This document shows, piece after piece, positions 18,046-26,558 of a stretch of DNA of 64,000 nucleotides. This DNA is from Candidatus Glassbacteria bacterium (GTDB lineage: Bacteria; Gemmatimonadota; Glassbacteria; GWA2-58-10), in the NCBI GenBank assembly GCA_963752515.1, contig CAVVYO010000002.1, positions 21,362 through 85,361 on the forward strand, read 5' to 3'. Position 1 is the stretch's first letter, and every line of letters starts with the position of its first letter. Made by a program: the position numbers and the translations under genes. The notes beneath the pieces are model-generated. The model saw only the letters and a program-made list of their open reading frames with translations. It ran no database searches and was not told the origin of the DNA.

Positions 18046-19203
18046 ATGGGGACCAGGATTGCCTCGCGGGCGGCGGGGCTTCGCCAGTCGGCGATCCGCG
18101 CCATGACCCGGCTGGCGGTCGAGCGCGGCGGAGTCAACCTTTCGCAGGGCCTCTGCGACCTGCCGACCCCGGAAGTGGTGCGGCAGGAGGCCTGCCGGGC
18201 GATCGAGGAGGGGTGCAACACCTATGCGCCGATGAACGGCACCGCCGGGCTGCGCCGGGCGATCGCCGCCAAGCTGGAGCGTTTCAACCATCTGCGGGTC
18301 GATCCGGAGCGCGAGCTGACTGTCACCAGCGGGGCGACCGGGGCCCTGGCCTGCGCCCTGCTGACGCTGCTGGAGCCCGGGGAGCGGGTGCTCGCTTTCG
18401 AGCCGTTCTATGGCTATCACCTCAACCTGGCGCGCCTGCTGGGGTTCGGCACTGTCACCCTCCGGCTGCGGCGGCCGGACTGGGCGATCGATTTCGCGGA
18501 GCTGGAGCGGCTGCTGGCGGGCGGCACCGTGCGGGCGCTGCTGCTCAACACCCCGGCCAACCCCTGCGGCAAGGTGTTCCGCCGGGAGGAGCTGGAGTGG
18601 ATCGCCGCCCTGTGCCGGCGCTACGATATCATGGCGATCACCGATGAGATCTACGAGCACATCGTGTTCGATGGCCGGGAACACCTGAGCCTGGCCGCCC
18701 TGCCGGGGATGCAGGGGCGCACGGTGACCATCTCCGGTTTCTCCAAGACCCTGGCGATGACCGGCTGGCGGCTGGGCTATGTCGCCGGGCCCGCGGAGGT
18801 GATCGAAAAGCTCACGCTGATCTCGGACCAGCTCTACATCTGCGCCCCGCACCCGCTGCAGGCCGGGGTGGAGCGCGCCCTGCCGCTCCTGGAGGAAAAC
18901 TACTACCGCGAACTGCCCGCCCGTTACCGGGCCAAGCTGGACATCCTGGCCCCGGCCCTGGAACAGGCCGGTTTCGAGCCCCTGCCATTGGAGGGGACAT
19001 ATTTTCTGCTGGCCGGGTACGAAAAATGCTATGGAAAGCTCGGGTCGATGGCGGCCGCCGAGCGGCTGCTGACGGAGCGGCTGATCGCCGCGGTGCCGGC
19101 CGAGAGCTTCTTCTCCGACGGCCACGATCAGCCCTGGCTGCGCTTCTGCTTCGCCAAGGAGGACTGCGAGCTGGAACGCGCCGCCCGCCTGCTCGGAGGA
19201 TGA
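18046..19203 (+). CDS. class I/II PLP-dependent aminotransferase
   Basis: Internal ATG with GGAGGAG upstream. IRAMTRLAVERGGVNLSQGLCDLPTP, NTPANPCGKVF and the SGFSKTLAMTGWRLGY Lys motif. Confidence 0.85.
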   Translation: MGTRIASRAAGLRQSAIRAMTRLAVERGGVNLSQGLCDLPTPEVVRQEACRAIEEGCNTYAPMNGTAGLRRAIAAKLERFNHLRVDPERELTVTSGATGALACALLTLLEPGERVLAFEPFYGYHLNLARLLGFGTVTLRLRRPDWAIDFAELERLLAGGTVRALLLNTPANPCGKVFRREELEWIAALCRRYDIMAITDEIYEHIVFDGREHLSLAALPGMQGRTVTISGFSKTLAMTGWRLGYVAGPAEVIEKLTLISDQLYICAPHPLQAGVERALPLLEENYYRELPARYRAKLDILAPALEQAGFEPLPLEGTYFLLAGYEKCYGKLGSMAAAERLLTERLIAAVPAESFFSDGHDQPWLRFCFAKEDCELERAARLLGG

Positions 19204-19231
19204 TGCCCAATCCGACAGCAATGCTATTTTT

Positions 19232-19745
19232 CCGGGGAGCGGGAGGAAACCTTTTGAAAAAGGTTTTCCTCCCTCTCCCCGGACCCCTCTCCCACTTTCC
19301 CAAACTTTTTCGCAAGTTTGATGTGCAGGTGGGATCAGCATTTCAGGATGGGGAACAGTCTTTTGCTTTTCACCCCCAGCGCCCGGAACGGGCGCTCCGC
19401 GGCAGCAACTGGATGAGCTACTCTGTAGCAGCGGTTACAGAACTGGAAATACCATGGCAGGCAGTAGTGGAGGCAAGAACTGACTGGCAGATGCGCGTCA
19501 GCGCTGCCCACGCATCAGGGCAGCGTAATGATCCCGCGATTACAAGCTACTGGAAGAAGACTTCAGTGGTGGGCGAGTTTTGCGCCGCAAAGACTTTTGC
19601 TTCTTTTGGTCACAAAAGAAGAAAAACAATGACAATCAATGAGATAGCGGCATAGCCAGGAGTTTTCTGGCAGCCGGCCGTTCAAGGTGATTTTAGTGCC
19701 GCCGGCCGGCGAGTTTTGCGCCGCCAGGGCTCTTTCCCGGGCTGG
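19232..19745 (+). repeat. intergenic repeat family, long type-1 copy A (core 19232-19662 plus a partly duplicated 3' module)
   Basis: H 19232-19282, K 19283-19320, internal hairpin 19378-19396, GGCAGATGCGCGTCAGCGCTGCC, GGCGAGTTTTGCGCCGC, GTCA-loop hairpin 19600-19621, end ...GCATAGCCAGGAG 19662. A second GGCGAGTTTTGCGCCGC lies at 19707-19723. Confidence 0.9.
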
Positions 19746-19816
19746 AATTCTTGTACGGATGCTGTCATCGCGGCCATGAGATGAGCCCGGTTGTCCATTC
19801 CATGGACTGAAAGCCG

Positions 19817-21439
19817 ATGAAGAAAGCGATGGAAAAAGCCGAATCCCCGCGGGACCGCTTCAGTCGACTGCTGCCGGAGGCGCTGGTGCTGGCCGCGGCG
19901 CTGATCATCCGGGCGGCGTATTTCGCGTCCTGGCGCCATCATCCGTTGTTCGAGCCGCTGCTGCCCGGCTATGACATGACCCGCTTCCACCAGTGGGCGC
20001 AGGAGATCGCCGCCGGCAGGCTTTCGCCGCCGGGGACTTTCTACCAGGGACCGCTCTACCCCTACCTGCTGGGCGCGCTCTACGCCCTGCCCGGCCCGGA
20101 TGTCATCACTGCCGTGCTGTTCCAGCACCTGCTGGGCGCCGGGAGCGTGGCCCTCTGCTACCTGCTGGCGCGAAAGCTGTTCGGCCGGGGCCCGGCGCTG
20201 CTGGCGGCGGCGATGATGGCGCTCACCCCGATCTTTTTCTGCTACGAGGGACTGCTCAAGGCCGATACCCTGGTGACTTTCCTCGATCTGGGATTTCTGC
20301 TGGCCCTGGTGTCTTTCCGCCCGGGACAGCCCTGGCGCGGGGCGCTGACAGCGGGGCTGCTGCTCGGGCTGTCATCCCTGGCCCGGGCTAATGCCCTGGT
20401 GCTGCTGCCGCTGGGGATGTACTGGCTCAGTCGACAGAGCCGCCGGGAGGGGCTCGCCCGCGGCCGGGCGCTGCTGCCCGCTCTGCTCCTGGCCGGGACG
20501 ACCTTCCTGGTGATCGGCCCGGCGACTGTGCACAACCTGGTGCGGGGCAATAAGTTCGTTCTGGTGTCGGACAATTTTTCCGAGAACTGGCGGATCGGCA
20601 ACAGCGCCGGTTCGACCGGAGGCTTCTGCTACCCGGAAGGCCGGCTCCTGCCGGTGGGTTCCGGGGATTTCTGGCGGCTGCAGCTGAAGAAAACGGGCCT
20701 GCTGCTCGGCCACCGTGAGCAGCCGAACAATGTCGATTTCCTGCAGCTGCGCGAGGAGCTGCCGCTCTTGCGGGTGCCGCTGTTGTCCTGGGGCTTTTTC
20801 CTGGCTTTCGGGCTGGCCGGGGCGCTGCTGTACCGGGATCGGTGGCGGAAACTTTTGCCGCTCTATGCCTACCTGCTGCTGCTAAGCGCGGGCATTGTCG
20901 CTTTCTTTGTCACCAGCCGCTTCCGGCTGCCGCTCTGGCCGCCGCTGGTGATCCTTTCCGGGGCGGCCCTCTACCGGGTTTTTTCCGCAGCCATCGCGCG
21001 GCGCTATGCCCAGGCACTGGCGGTGGCCCTCCCGGCCGGGGCCCTGGCCGCGACGCTGATCCTCACCGCCCCGCGCACGATCGAGGGGCGCTATTTCGAC
21101 AATATGCTGCTGATCCACGAGCGACGGAGCGACCGCGAGGGGGCGATCCATCAGCTCCGGGCCAAGCTCGCCCATTACCCGGACGATGGCACCGCGCTCT
21201 GGCGGCTGGCATATTACCTGCATCTGAAGGGGGAGCGGCAGGAGCCGCTGCTGCTGCTGGAACGGCTGCTGGCGCTCCACCCCGACCACCCGCAACTGCT
21301 GCGGGAGGGCGGGCTGCTCTACCTGCGCCTGGGTGAGCGGTCGCGGGGACAGGCGCTGCTGGAGCGCTACCTGGAGCTCTCCCCCGCCGACCCGGACAGC
21401 CTGCGCCTGCGTGGGCTGATCACCGCGGGCCGCCCCTGA
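19817..21439 (+). CDS. GT39/ArnT-like membrane glycosyltransferase with C-terminal TPR repeats
   Basis: 540 aa. The N-terminal roughly 400 aa are polytopic membrane, resembling PMT_2/ArnT-type. The C-terminus carries TPR-like repeats (ALWRLAYYLHLKGERQEP...LERLLALHPDHP...). Confidence 0.7.
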   Translation: MKKAMEKAESPRDRFSRLLPEALVLAAALIIRAAYFASWRHHPLFEPLLPGYDMTRFHQWAQEIAAGRLSPPGTFYQGPLYPYLLGALYALPGPDVITAVLFQHLLGAGSVALCYLLARKLFGRGPALLAAAMMALTPIFFCYEGLLKADTLVTFLDLGFLLALVSFRPGQPWRGALTAGLLLGLSSLARANALVLLPLGMYWLSRQSRREGLARGRALLPALLLAGTTFLVIGPATVHNLVRGNKFVLVSDNFSENWRIGNSAGSTGGFCYPEGRLLPVGSGDFWRLQLKKTGLLLGHREQPNNVDFLQLREELPLLRVPLLSWGFFLAFGLAGALLYRDRWRKLLPLYAYLLLLSAGIVAFFVTSRFRLPLWPPLVILSGAALYRVFSAAIARRYAQALAVALPAGALAATLILTAPRTIEGRYFDNMLLIHERRSDREGAIHQLRAKLAHYPDDGTALWRLAYYLHLKGERQEPLLLLERLLALHPDHPQLLREGGLLYLRLGERSRGQALLERYLELSPADPDSLRLRGLITAGRP

Positions 21440-21468
21440 GACCGACCCTGCAACAAAGGCCGGGATTC

Positions 21469-21950
21469 CCGGGGGAGGGAGAAAACCTTTTGGAAAAGGT
21501 TTTCTCCCTCCCCCGGACCCCCTCTCTCTTTCCCAAACTTTTTCGATAGTTTGATGTGCAGGTGGCTCTATCAATCAGGATAAGCTATTCACGGAGCGAG
21601 AGAGTAGTTCTTTGCCTTTCACCCTCAGCGCCCGATCAGGGCGCTCCGCGGCAGCAACTGTATGAGCTACACCGAGGCAGCGGTTACAGCACTCATCATC
21701 CCATGATGAACTGTAGGGGAGGCAAGAACCGACTGGCAGATGCGCGTCAGCGCTGCCCAACCTGATGGGTAGCGTAAAGATCGCACGATTACCAGCGGCC
21801 AATTGAAGATTATCAGTGGTGGGCGAGTTTTGCGCCGCACAGACTTTTGGTCCTTTTGGTCACAAAAGGACAAAAAAAATAAAGAAGTTGGAGCATAGCA
21901 GGGAGACCGAGAATCACCGGCAGGATGCCCTGCCCCCCAGGCTCTTTCCC
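21469..21950 (+). repeat. intergenic repeat family, long type-1 copy B
   Basis: Collinear with copies A and C. H 21469-21516, K, hairpin 21627-21645, GTCA-loop hairpin 21850-21871, end GCATAGCAGGGAG 21905. It is followed by GAATCACCGGCAGGATGCC, which also occurs at 36372-36390. Confidence 0.9.
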
Positions 21951-22001
21951 CTTGGTATAGCCTCTGACAGGTAAATCTGTAATGGTAGAAATGGTATCAA
22001 G

Positions 22002-23637
22002 ATGAACCCTGGAGATACCCCCTTGCCCCGCTTGCTGGCGCTGCTGCTGCTGCTGCCGGTCGCGGCTCCGGCCGCCCGGCTCCCGGAGCGCCCGAACATC
22101 CTGCTGCTCACTGTCGACAGCTTCCGGCCCGACCGGCTGGGCTGCTACGGCCGCGAGGGAGCCCATACCCCGGCGATCGACTCGCTGGCCGCCCGCGGGG
22201 TGCTGTTCGAGCGGGCCTATGCCACCGCCGCCTGGACCAACCCGGCCAATGTCAGCACCCTGACCGGGCTTTATCCCGCGGTGCACGGGGTCCAGCGACG
22301 GGATGACGGTGTCCCCGGGGGGCTGGACACTTTCCTGGAGGCCCTGGCGCGGGCGGGCTACCTGGCGCCGGAACTCAACTACCTGTTCCCGGAGCCCAAC
22401 TACCGCAATCTCGGATTCAGTCCACATCCCGGCCGGAATCTGGAAAAATTCCTGGCGGAGTACCAGGATACCACCTGGTTCGCCTGGTACCATTTCCATG
22501 GGCCGCACCTGCCCTACGATCCGCCCGAGGAGTTCCGCCGCCTGTTCCTGCCGTCCGGCGGCGAAAAATCGCTGGCCGCGGTGCGGGAGAATATCCTGCT
22601 GCCGCGGGGCGAGCGGAAGTTCTCGCCTCGCGAGCAGGAGCTGGTGCGGGCGCTCTATGCTGCCGAGCTGGCGGCCCAGGACCGGGAACTGGCGGCGGTG
22701 TTCCATGCCCTGGACAGTCTAAGGCTGCGCCGGGGGACAATCGTGGTCCTCACCGCCGACCACGGCGAGGAGCTGTTCGACCATGGCTGGCTGGGGCATG
22801 CCTCCACCAGCCTGAGCGGCACCCTGTTCGAGGAGCTGATCCATGTCCCGCTGATCCTGAGTTGGCCGGGCGAGCTGCCGCAAGGGCAAAAAGTGAGCGC
22901 CCTGGCCCAGTCGGTGGACCTGGTCCCGACCCTGCTGGCCCTGGCCGGGCTGGAGCTCGATTTCCCCTGCCAGGGGGTGAGTCTGTTGCCCCTGATGCGT
23001 GGGGAGCGCGGGGAAGTTCGGGATGAGATCTTCTGCGAGAGCAGTGTCTGCGGCTACCAGTGTCCGGCCGGGGAGGACCCGGTCTGGCTGCGGGCGGTCC
23101 GTGCGGGCGCACTGGAAGCTGATCCAGACGGTCCCGCCCGGGGGCGCCTCCCCGCGGTATGCCCTCTACGACCTGGCGCGTGATCCCCTCGAGCGGCGCG
23201 ACCGCTCTGTCGAAGCGCCGCTCGAGCTGCAACGGATGCAGGGTCGGCTGGCGGCGCGGATTTTCGAGAACGTGCGCCTGGCGCGGCAGCTGGAGCGCGA
23301 GGCTCCTGTCCCGGCCGCGGCGGTGGAGTTCGCCGGGCCGGTGGAGGTGCTCGCCCCGAACGAGGGCGAGCGGGTGTCGTTCCAGGCTGTCGCGGGCCAG
23401 GTCACCATCCGCTGGAGCGGCCCGCCGCAGGCCGGCTACCGGCTGGAGTACCGGGTGGGCCAGGGCAAGCACCGCCTGGAGGGCGCGTTCGACTTGACCG
23501 GCAACAGCGAAAGCTTCGGGCCGTTCAACCGGGTGTTCTGGCGCTCGCTGACCCTCTACAACCCGTTCAGCTTCCGGGTGGTCCCGGCCGGACGGCCCGA
23601 GCTGGCCAGCCCCTGGCGGACTTTCACCTTCGAGTAA
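22002..23637 (+). pseudogene. sulfatase-like (alkaline phosphatase superfamily) enzyme split by a frameshift near 23103-23110
   Basis: Track ORF 22002..23183 carries the N-terminal sulfatase-like fold (NILLLTVDSFRPDRLGCYG...). Track ORF 22999..23637 carries the C-terminal WKLIQT...YALYDLARDPLERRD region. The reading frame changes between AVR and HWKL. The protein has a signal peptide. Confidence 0.7.
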
Positions 23638-23673
23638 TTTATTTCCATCGGCGGACTTTCGTTCACCGGGTGA

Positions 23674-24915
23674 ATGTTTTATATTGCGGCAAAATTCTCC
23701 CGCTGCAGCTTTTTCCCGCCGACACACCGGGCGAACCACGCGCGCGAGGACCCCGTTTTGAGCGACAAGCTGAAGATCCTCGGGGTGGTGGGGGCCAGGC
23801 CCAATTTCATGAAGATCGCCCCGCTGGCCGAGCGCCTGCGCGCCGAGCGCGACTGGTGCGGGTTCACCCTGGTCCACACCGGGCAGCACTATGACCGCCG
23901 GATGAACGAGGTCTTTTTCGCCGAGCTGGGGATCGATCCGCCGGAGGTGTTCCTGGGGGTGGGCTCCGGCAGCCATGCCTCCCAGACCGCCCGGATCATG
24001 CTGGCCCTCGAGCCGGTGCTGCTGGAGCAGGCTCCCCACCTGGTGCTGGTGGTCGGCGATGTCAACTCGACCGTGGCCGGGGCGCTGGTGGCCGCCAAGC
24101 TCGGGATCGCGGTGGCCCATGTCGAGGCCGGCCTGCGCAGTTTCGACCGCCGGATGCCCGAGGAGCTCAACCGCATCCTCACCGATAGCTTGAGCGAGCT
24201 GCTGTTTACCCCCAGCCGGCTGGCCGATGCCAACCTGCGGCGCGAGGGGGTGCCCCCGGAGCGGATCTGCCTGGTGGGCAACATCATGATCGATACCCTG
24301 GTGCGGCGCTTGGAGCAGGCCCGCGCGCTTCGCCCCTGGGAGGGGCTGGACCTGACCGAGGGCGGCTACGGGCTGGTGACCCTGCACCGGCCGGCCAATG
24401 TCGATGACCCGGCGGTGCTGGCCGAGCTGGTCGGGGCGCTGGCCGAGCTGTCGCGCGAGCTGCCGCTGGTGTTTCCGGTCCATCCCCGCACCCGGGCGGC
24501 GCTCGAACGCGAGGGGCTGCTGACGGCGCTGGAGGCGGCCGCTGGGATGCGGCTCGCCGGGCCGCTGGGCTACCTGGAGTTCCTGGCCCTGATGCGCGGC
24601 TCGCGGCTGGTGCTCTCCGACTCCGGCGGGATTCAGGAAGAAAGCTCCTACCTGGGGATTCCCTGCCTGACCCTGCGCGAGAACACCGAGCGCCCGGAGA
24701 CCATCGCGCAGGGGACCAACCGGCTGGTGGGGCGCGACCGGGGAAGAATTCTGGCCGGGGCGCGTCAGGCCTTGCGCGATGGAGGCAGCCGCGGCGGCGA
24801 GCTGGAGTTCTGGGATGGCCGGGTCACCGGCCGAATTGTCGAGGAGCTGCGGCGCCGCATGGGATATTTCCTCACGCCGGCCGAGCGCCGGCTCGACCCG
24901 GAGCGGGCCCGATGA
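23674..24915 (+). CDS. wecB: UDP-N-acetylglucosamine 2-epimerase (non-hydrolysing) family
   Basis: KILGVVGARPNFMKIAPL, HTGQHYD, GSGSHA.QTA, VLVVGDVNST, HVEAGLRSFDRRMPEE.NR. The likely true start is TTG 23758 (GAGGA 7 nt upstream) rather than ATG 23674. Confidence 0.9.
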   Translation: MFYIAAKFSRCSFFPPTHRANHAREDPVLSDKLKILGVVGARPNFMKIAPLAERLRAERDWCGFTLVHTGQHYDRRMNEVFFAELGIDPPEVFLGVGSGSHASQTARIMLALEPVLLEQAPHLVLVVGDVNSTVAGALVAAKLGIAVAHVEAGLRSFDRRMPEELNRILTDSLSELLFTPSRLADANLRREGVPPERICLVGNIMIDTLVRRLEQARALRPWEGLDLTEGGYGLVTLHRPANVDDPAVLAELVGALAELSRELPLVFPVHPRTRAALEREGLLTALEAAAGMRLAGPLGYLEFLALMRGSRLVLSDSGGIQEESSYLGIPCLTLRENTERPETIAQGTNRLVGRDRGRILAGARQALRDGGSRGGELEFWDGRVTGRIVEELRRRMGYFLTPAERRLDPERAR

Positions 24916-26537
24916 TCGCCACCGCTGTCGCCGGGACCGGCAACTGGGGCAAGAACCTGGTCCGCACGTTCCAGCGCCTGGAGGACAGCGGGCTGCGCTG
25001 GCTCTGCGACTCCGACCATCGCGCGCTGGAGGCCGCGGGACGCGGCTGCCCCGGCGCCCGGCTTACCGGCGATTTCGCCGAGTTGCTGCGCGATGAGGCG
25101 CTGGAGGCGGTGGCCCTGGCCACTCCGGCCGAGAGCCACTACCGCCTGGCCCGCGCGGCGCTGGAGGCCGGCAAGCACGTTTTTGTCGAAAAGCCGCTGG
25201 CCCTGTCCGCCCCCGAGGCCGAGGAGCTGGAGCGCCTCTCCCGCGAGCGCGGCCGGGTGTTGATGGTCGGCCACCTGCTGATCTACCACCCGGCGGTGAC
25301 CGCGCTCAAGGCGATGGTCGACACGGGCGAGCTGGGAAAGATTTTCTACATCCACACCCAGCGGGTCAACCTCGGGGTGGTGCGACGGGATGAGAACGCC
25401 CTCTGGAGCCTGGGCCCGCACGATCTGTCGATCATCCTCGAGCTGCTGGGCCATCCGCCGGTGGAGGTGTCCGCCCGCGGGGCCTGCTATCTGCGCCCGG
25501 GGATCGAGGATGTCGTGTTCCTGACCCTGCGCTTCGCGGATGGGGCGATGGCCCATGTCCAGCTCTCCTGGCTCGATCCCCATAAGGAGCGCAAGGTCAC
25601 CGTGGTCGGCAGCCGCAAGATGGTGGTGTTCGATGACATGCAGGCCGCCGAGAAGCTCCGGGTCTACGACAAGGGGGTCAGTGTCAGCCGCGACTATGAT
25701 TCCTACACCGACCTGCTCACCCTGCGCGAGGGCGATATCCTGATCCCGCAACTCAGGATGGAGGAGCCCCTGCAACTGGAATGCCGCCACTTCCTGGACT
25801 GTGTCGCCGGGCGCGCGGAGTGCCGCAGCTCCGGCCGGGCGGGAGTGGCGGTGGTCAGGGTGCTCCAGGCCGCCACCGAGTCGCTCCGGCGCGCGGGAGA
25901 GCCGGTCCCCATCTGCGAGGAGAGCCATGCAGGAAAACAGACCGCCAGTAAGTTCTTCGCCCATCAGAGCGCCTACATCGATGCGGGCGCGGTGATCGGC
26001 GAGGGCACCCGCATCTGGCATTTCTGCCACGTGATGGCCGGGGCCCGGATCGGGGCCGGCTGCAACCTCGGCCAGAATGTCGTGGTCCACCCGACCGCGG
26101 TGGTCGGCGCTGGGGTCAAGATCCAGAACAATGTCTCGGTCTATGACCGGGTGATCCTCGAGGATGATGTTTTCTGCGGGCCGAGCATGGTCTTCACCAA
26201 TGTGGTCAACCCCCGCTCCCACACCCCGCGCAAGCATGAATACCAAGAGACCCTGGTGCGCCGCGGGGCCTCGATCGGGGCCAACGCCACCGTGGTCTGC
26301 GGTCACGTGATCGGCCGCCACGCGTTTGTCGGGGCCGCGACCCTGGTCACCAGGGATGTCCCGGATTTCGGACTGGTCTACGGGGTCCCGGGAAGGCTGC
26401 GCGGCTGGATCTGCAAGTGCGGGGTGCGGCTCCCGCTGGGCCTGGAGCCGGAAGGAGTCGAGCAGGCCGCCTGCGCCGACTGCGGCCGCCGCTACACCCG
26501 CCGCGGCCTGACTGTCGAGCTGCCCGGCGAGGACTGA
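24912..26537 (+). CDS. bifunctional fusion: Gfo/Idh/MocA oxidoreductase (WbpB-like) + hexapeptide N-acetyltransferase (WbpD-like)
   Basis: N-terminal roughly 330 aa: GTGNWGKN Rossmann motif, EKPLA, Gfo/Idh/MocA C-terminal fold. C-terminal roughly 200 aa: left-handed beta-helix repeats (IGEGTRIWHFCHV..IGAGCNLGQNV..) and the W.C.CG...C..CG tail. ATGA overlap with wecB. Confidence 0.8.
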   Translation: MIATAVAGTGNWGKNLVRTFQRLEDSGLRWLCDSDHRALEAAGRGCPGARLTGDFAELLRDEALEAVALATPAESHYRLARAALEAGKHVFVEKPLALSAPEAEELERLSRERGRVLMVGHLLIYHPAVTALKAMVDTGELGKIFYIHTQRVNLGVVRRDENALWSLGPHDLSIILELLGHPPVEVSARGACYLRPGIEDVVFLTLRFADGAMAHVQLSWLDPHKERKVTVVGSRKMVVFDDMQAAEKLRVYDKGVSVSRDYDSYTDLLTLREGDILIPQLRMEEPLQLECRHFLDCVAGRAECRSSGRAGVAVVRVLQAATESLRRAGEPVPICEESHAGKQTASKFFAHQSAYIDAGAVIGEGTRIWHFCHVMAGARIGAGCNLGQNVVVHPTAVVGAGVKIQNNVSVYDRVILEDDVFCGPSMVFTNVVNPRSHTPRKHEYQETLVRRGASIGANATVVCGHVIGRHAFVGAATLVTRDVPDFGLVYGVPGRLRGWICKCGVRLPLGLEPEGVEQAACADCGRRYTRRGLTVELPGED

Positions 26538-26558
26538 AAAACTAAAGATGGGTGTTCA

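Noticed and set aside
19411-19530. A small conserved ORF inside the type-1 repeats beginning MSY(S/T/I).AAVT (ATGAGCTAC...GCAGCGGTTACA).
   Set aside because: There is no RBS. Copy B stops after 13 codons, and the downstream peptide sequence diverges across the three copies. Conservation is at nucleotide and hairpin level, not codon level.
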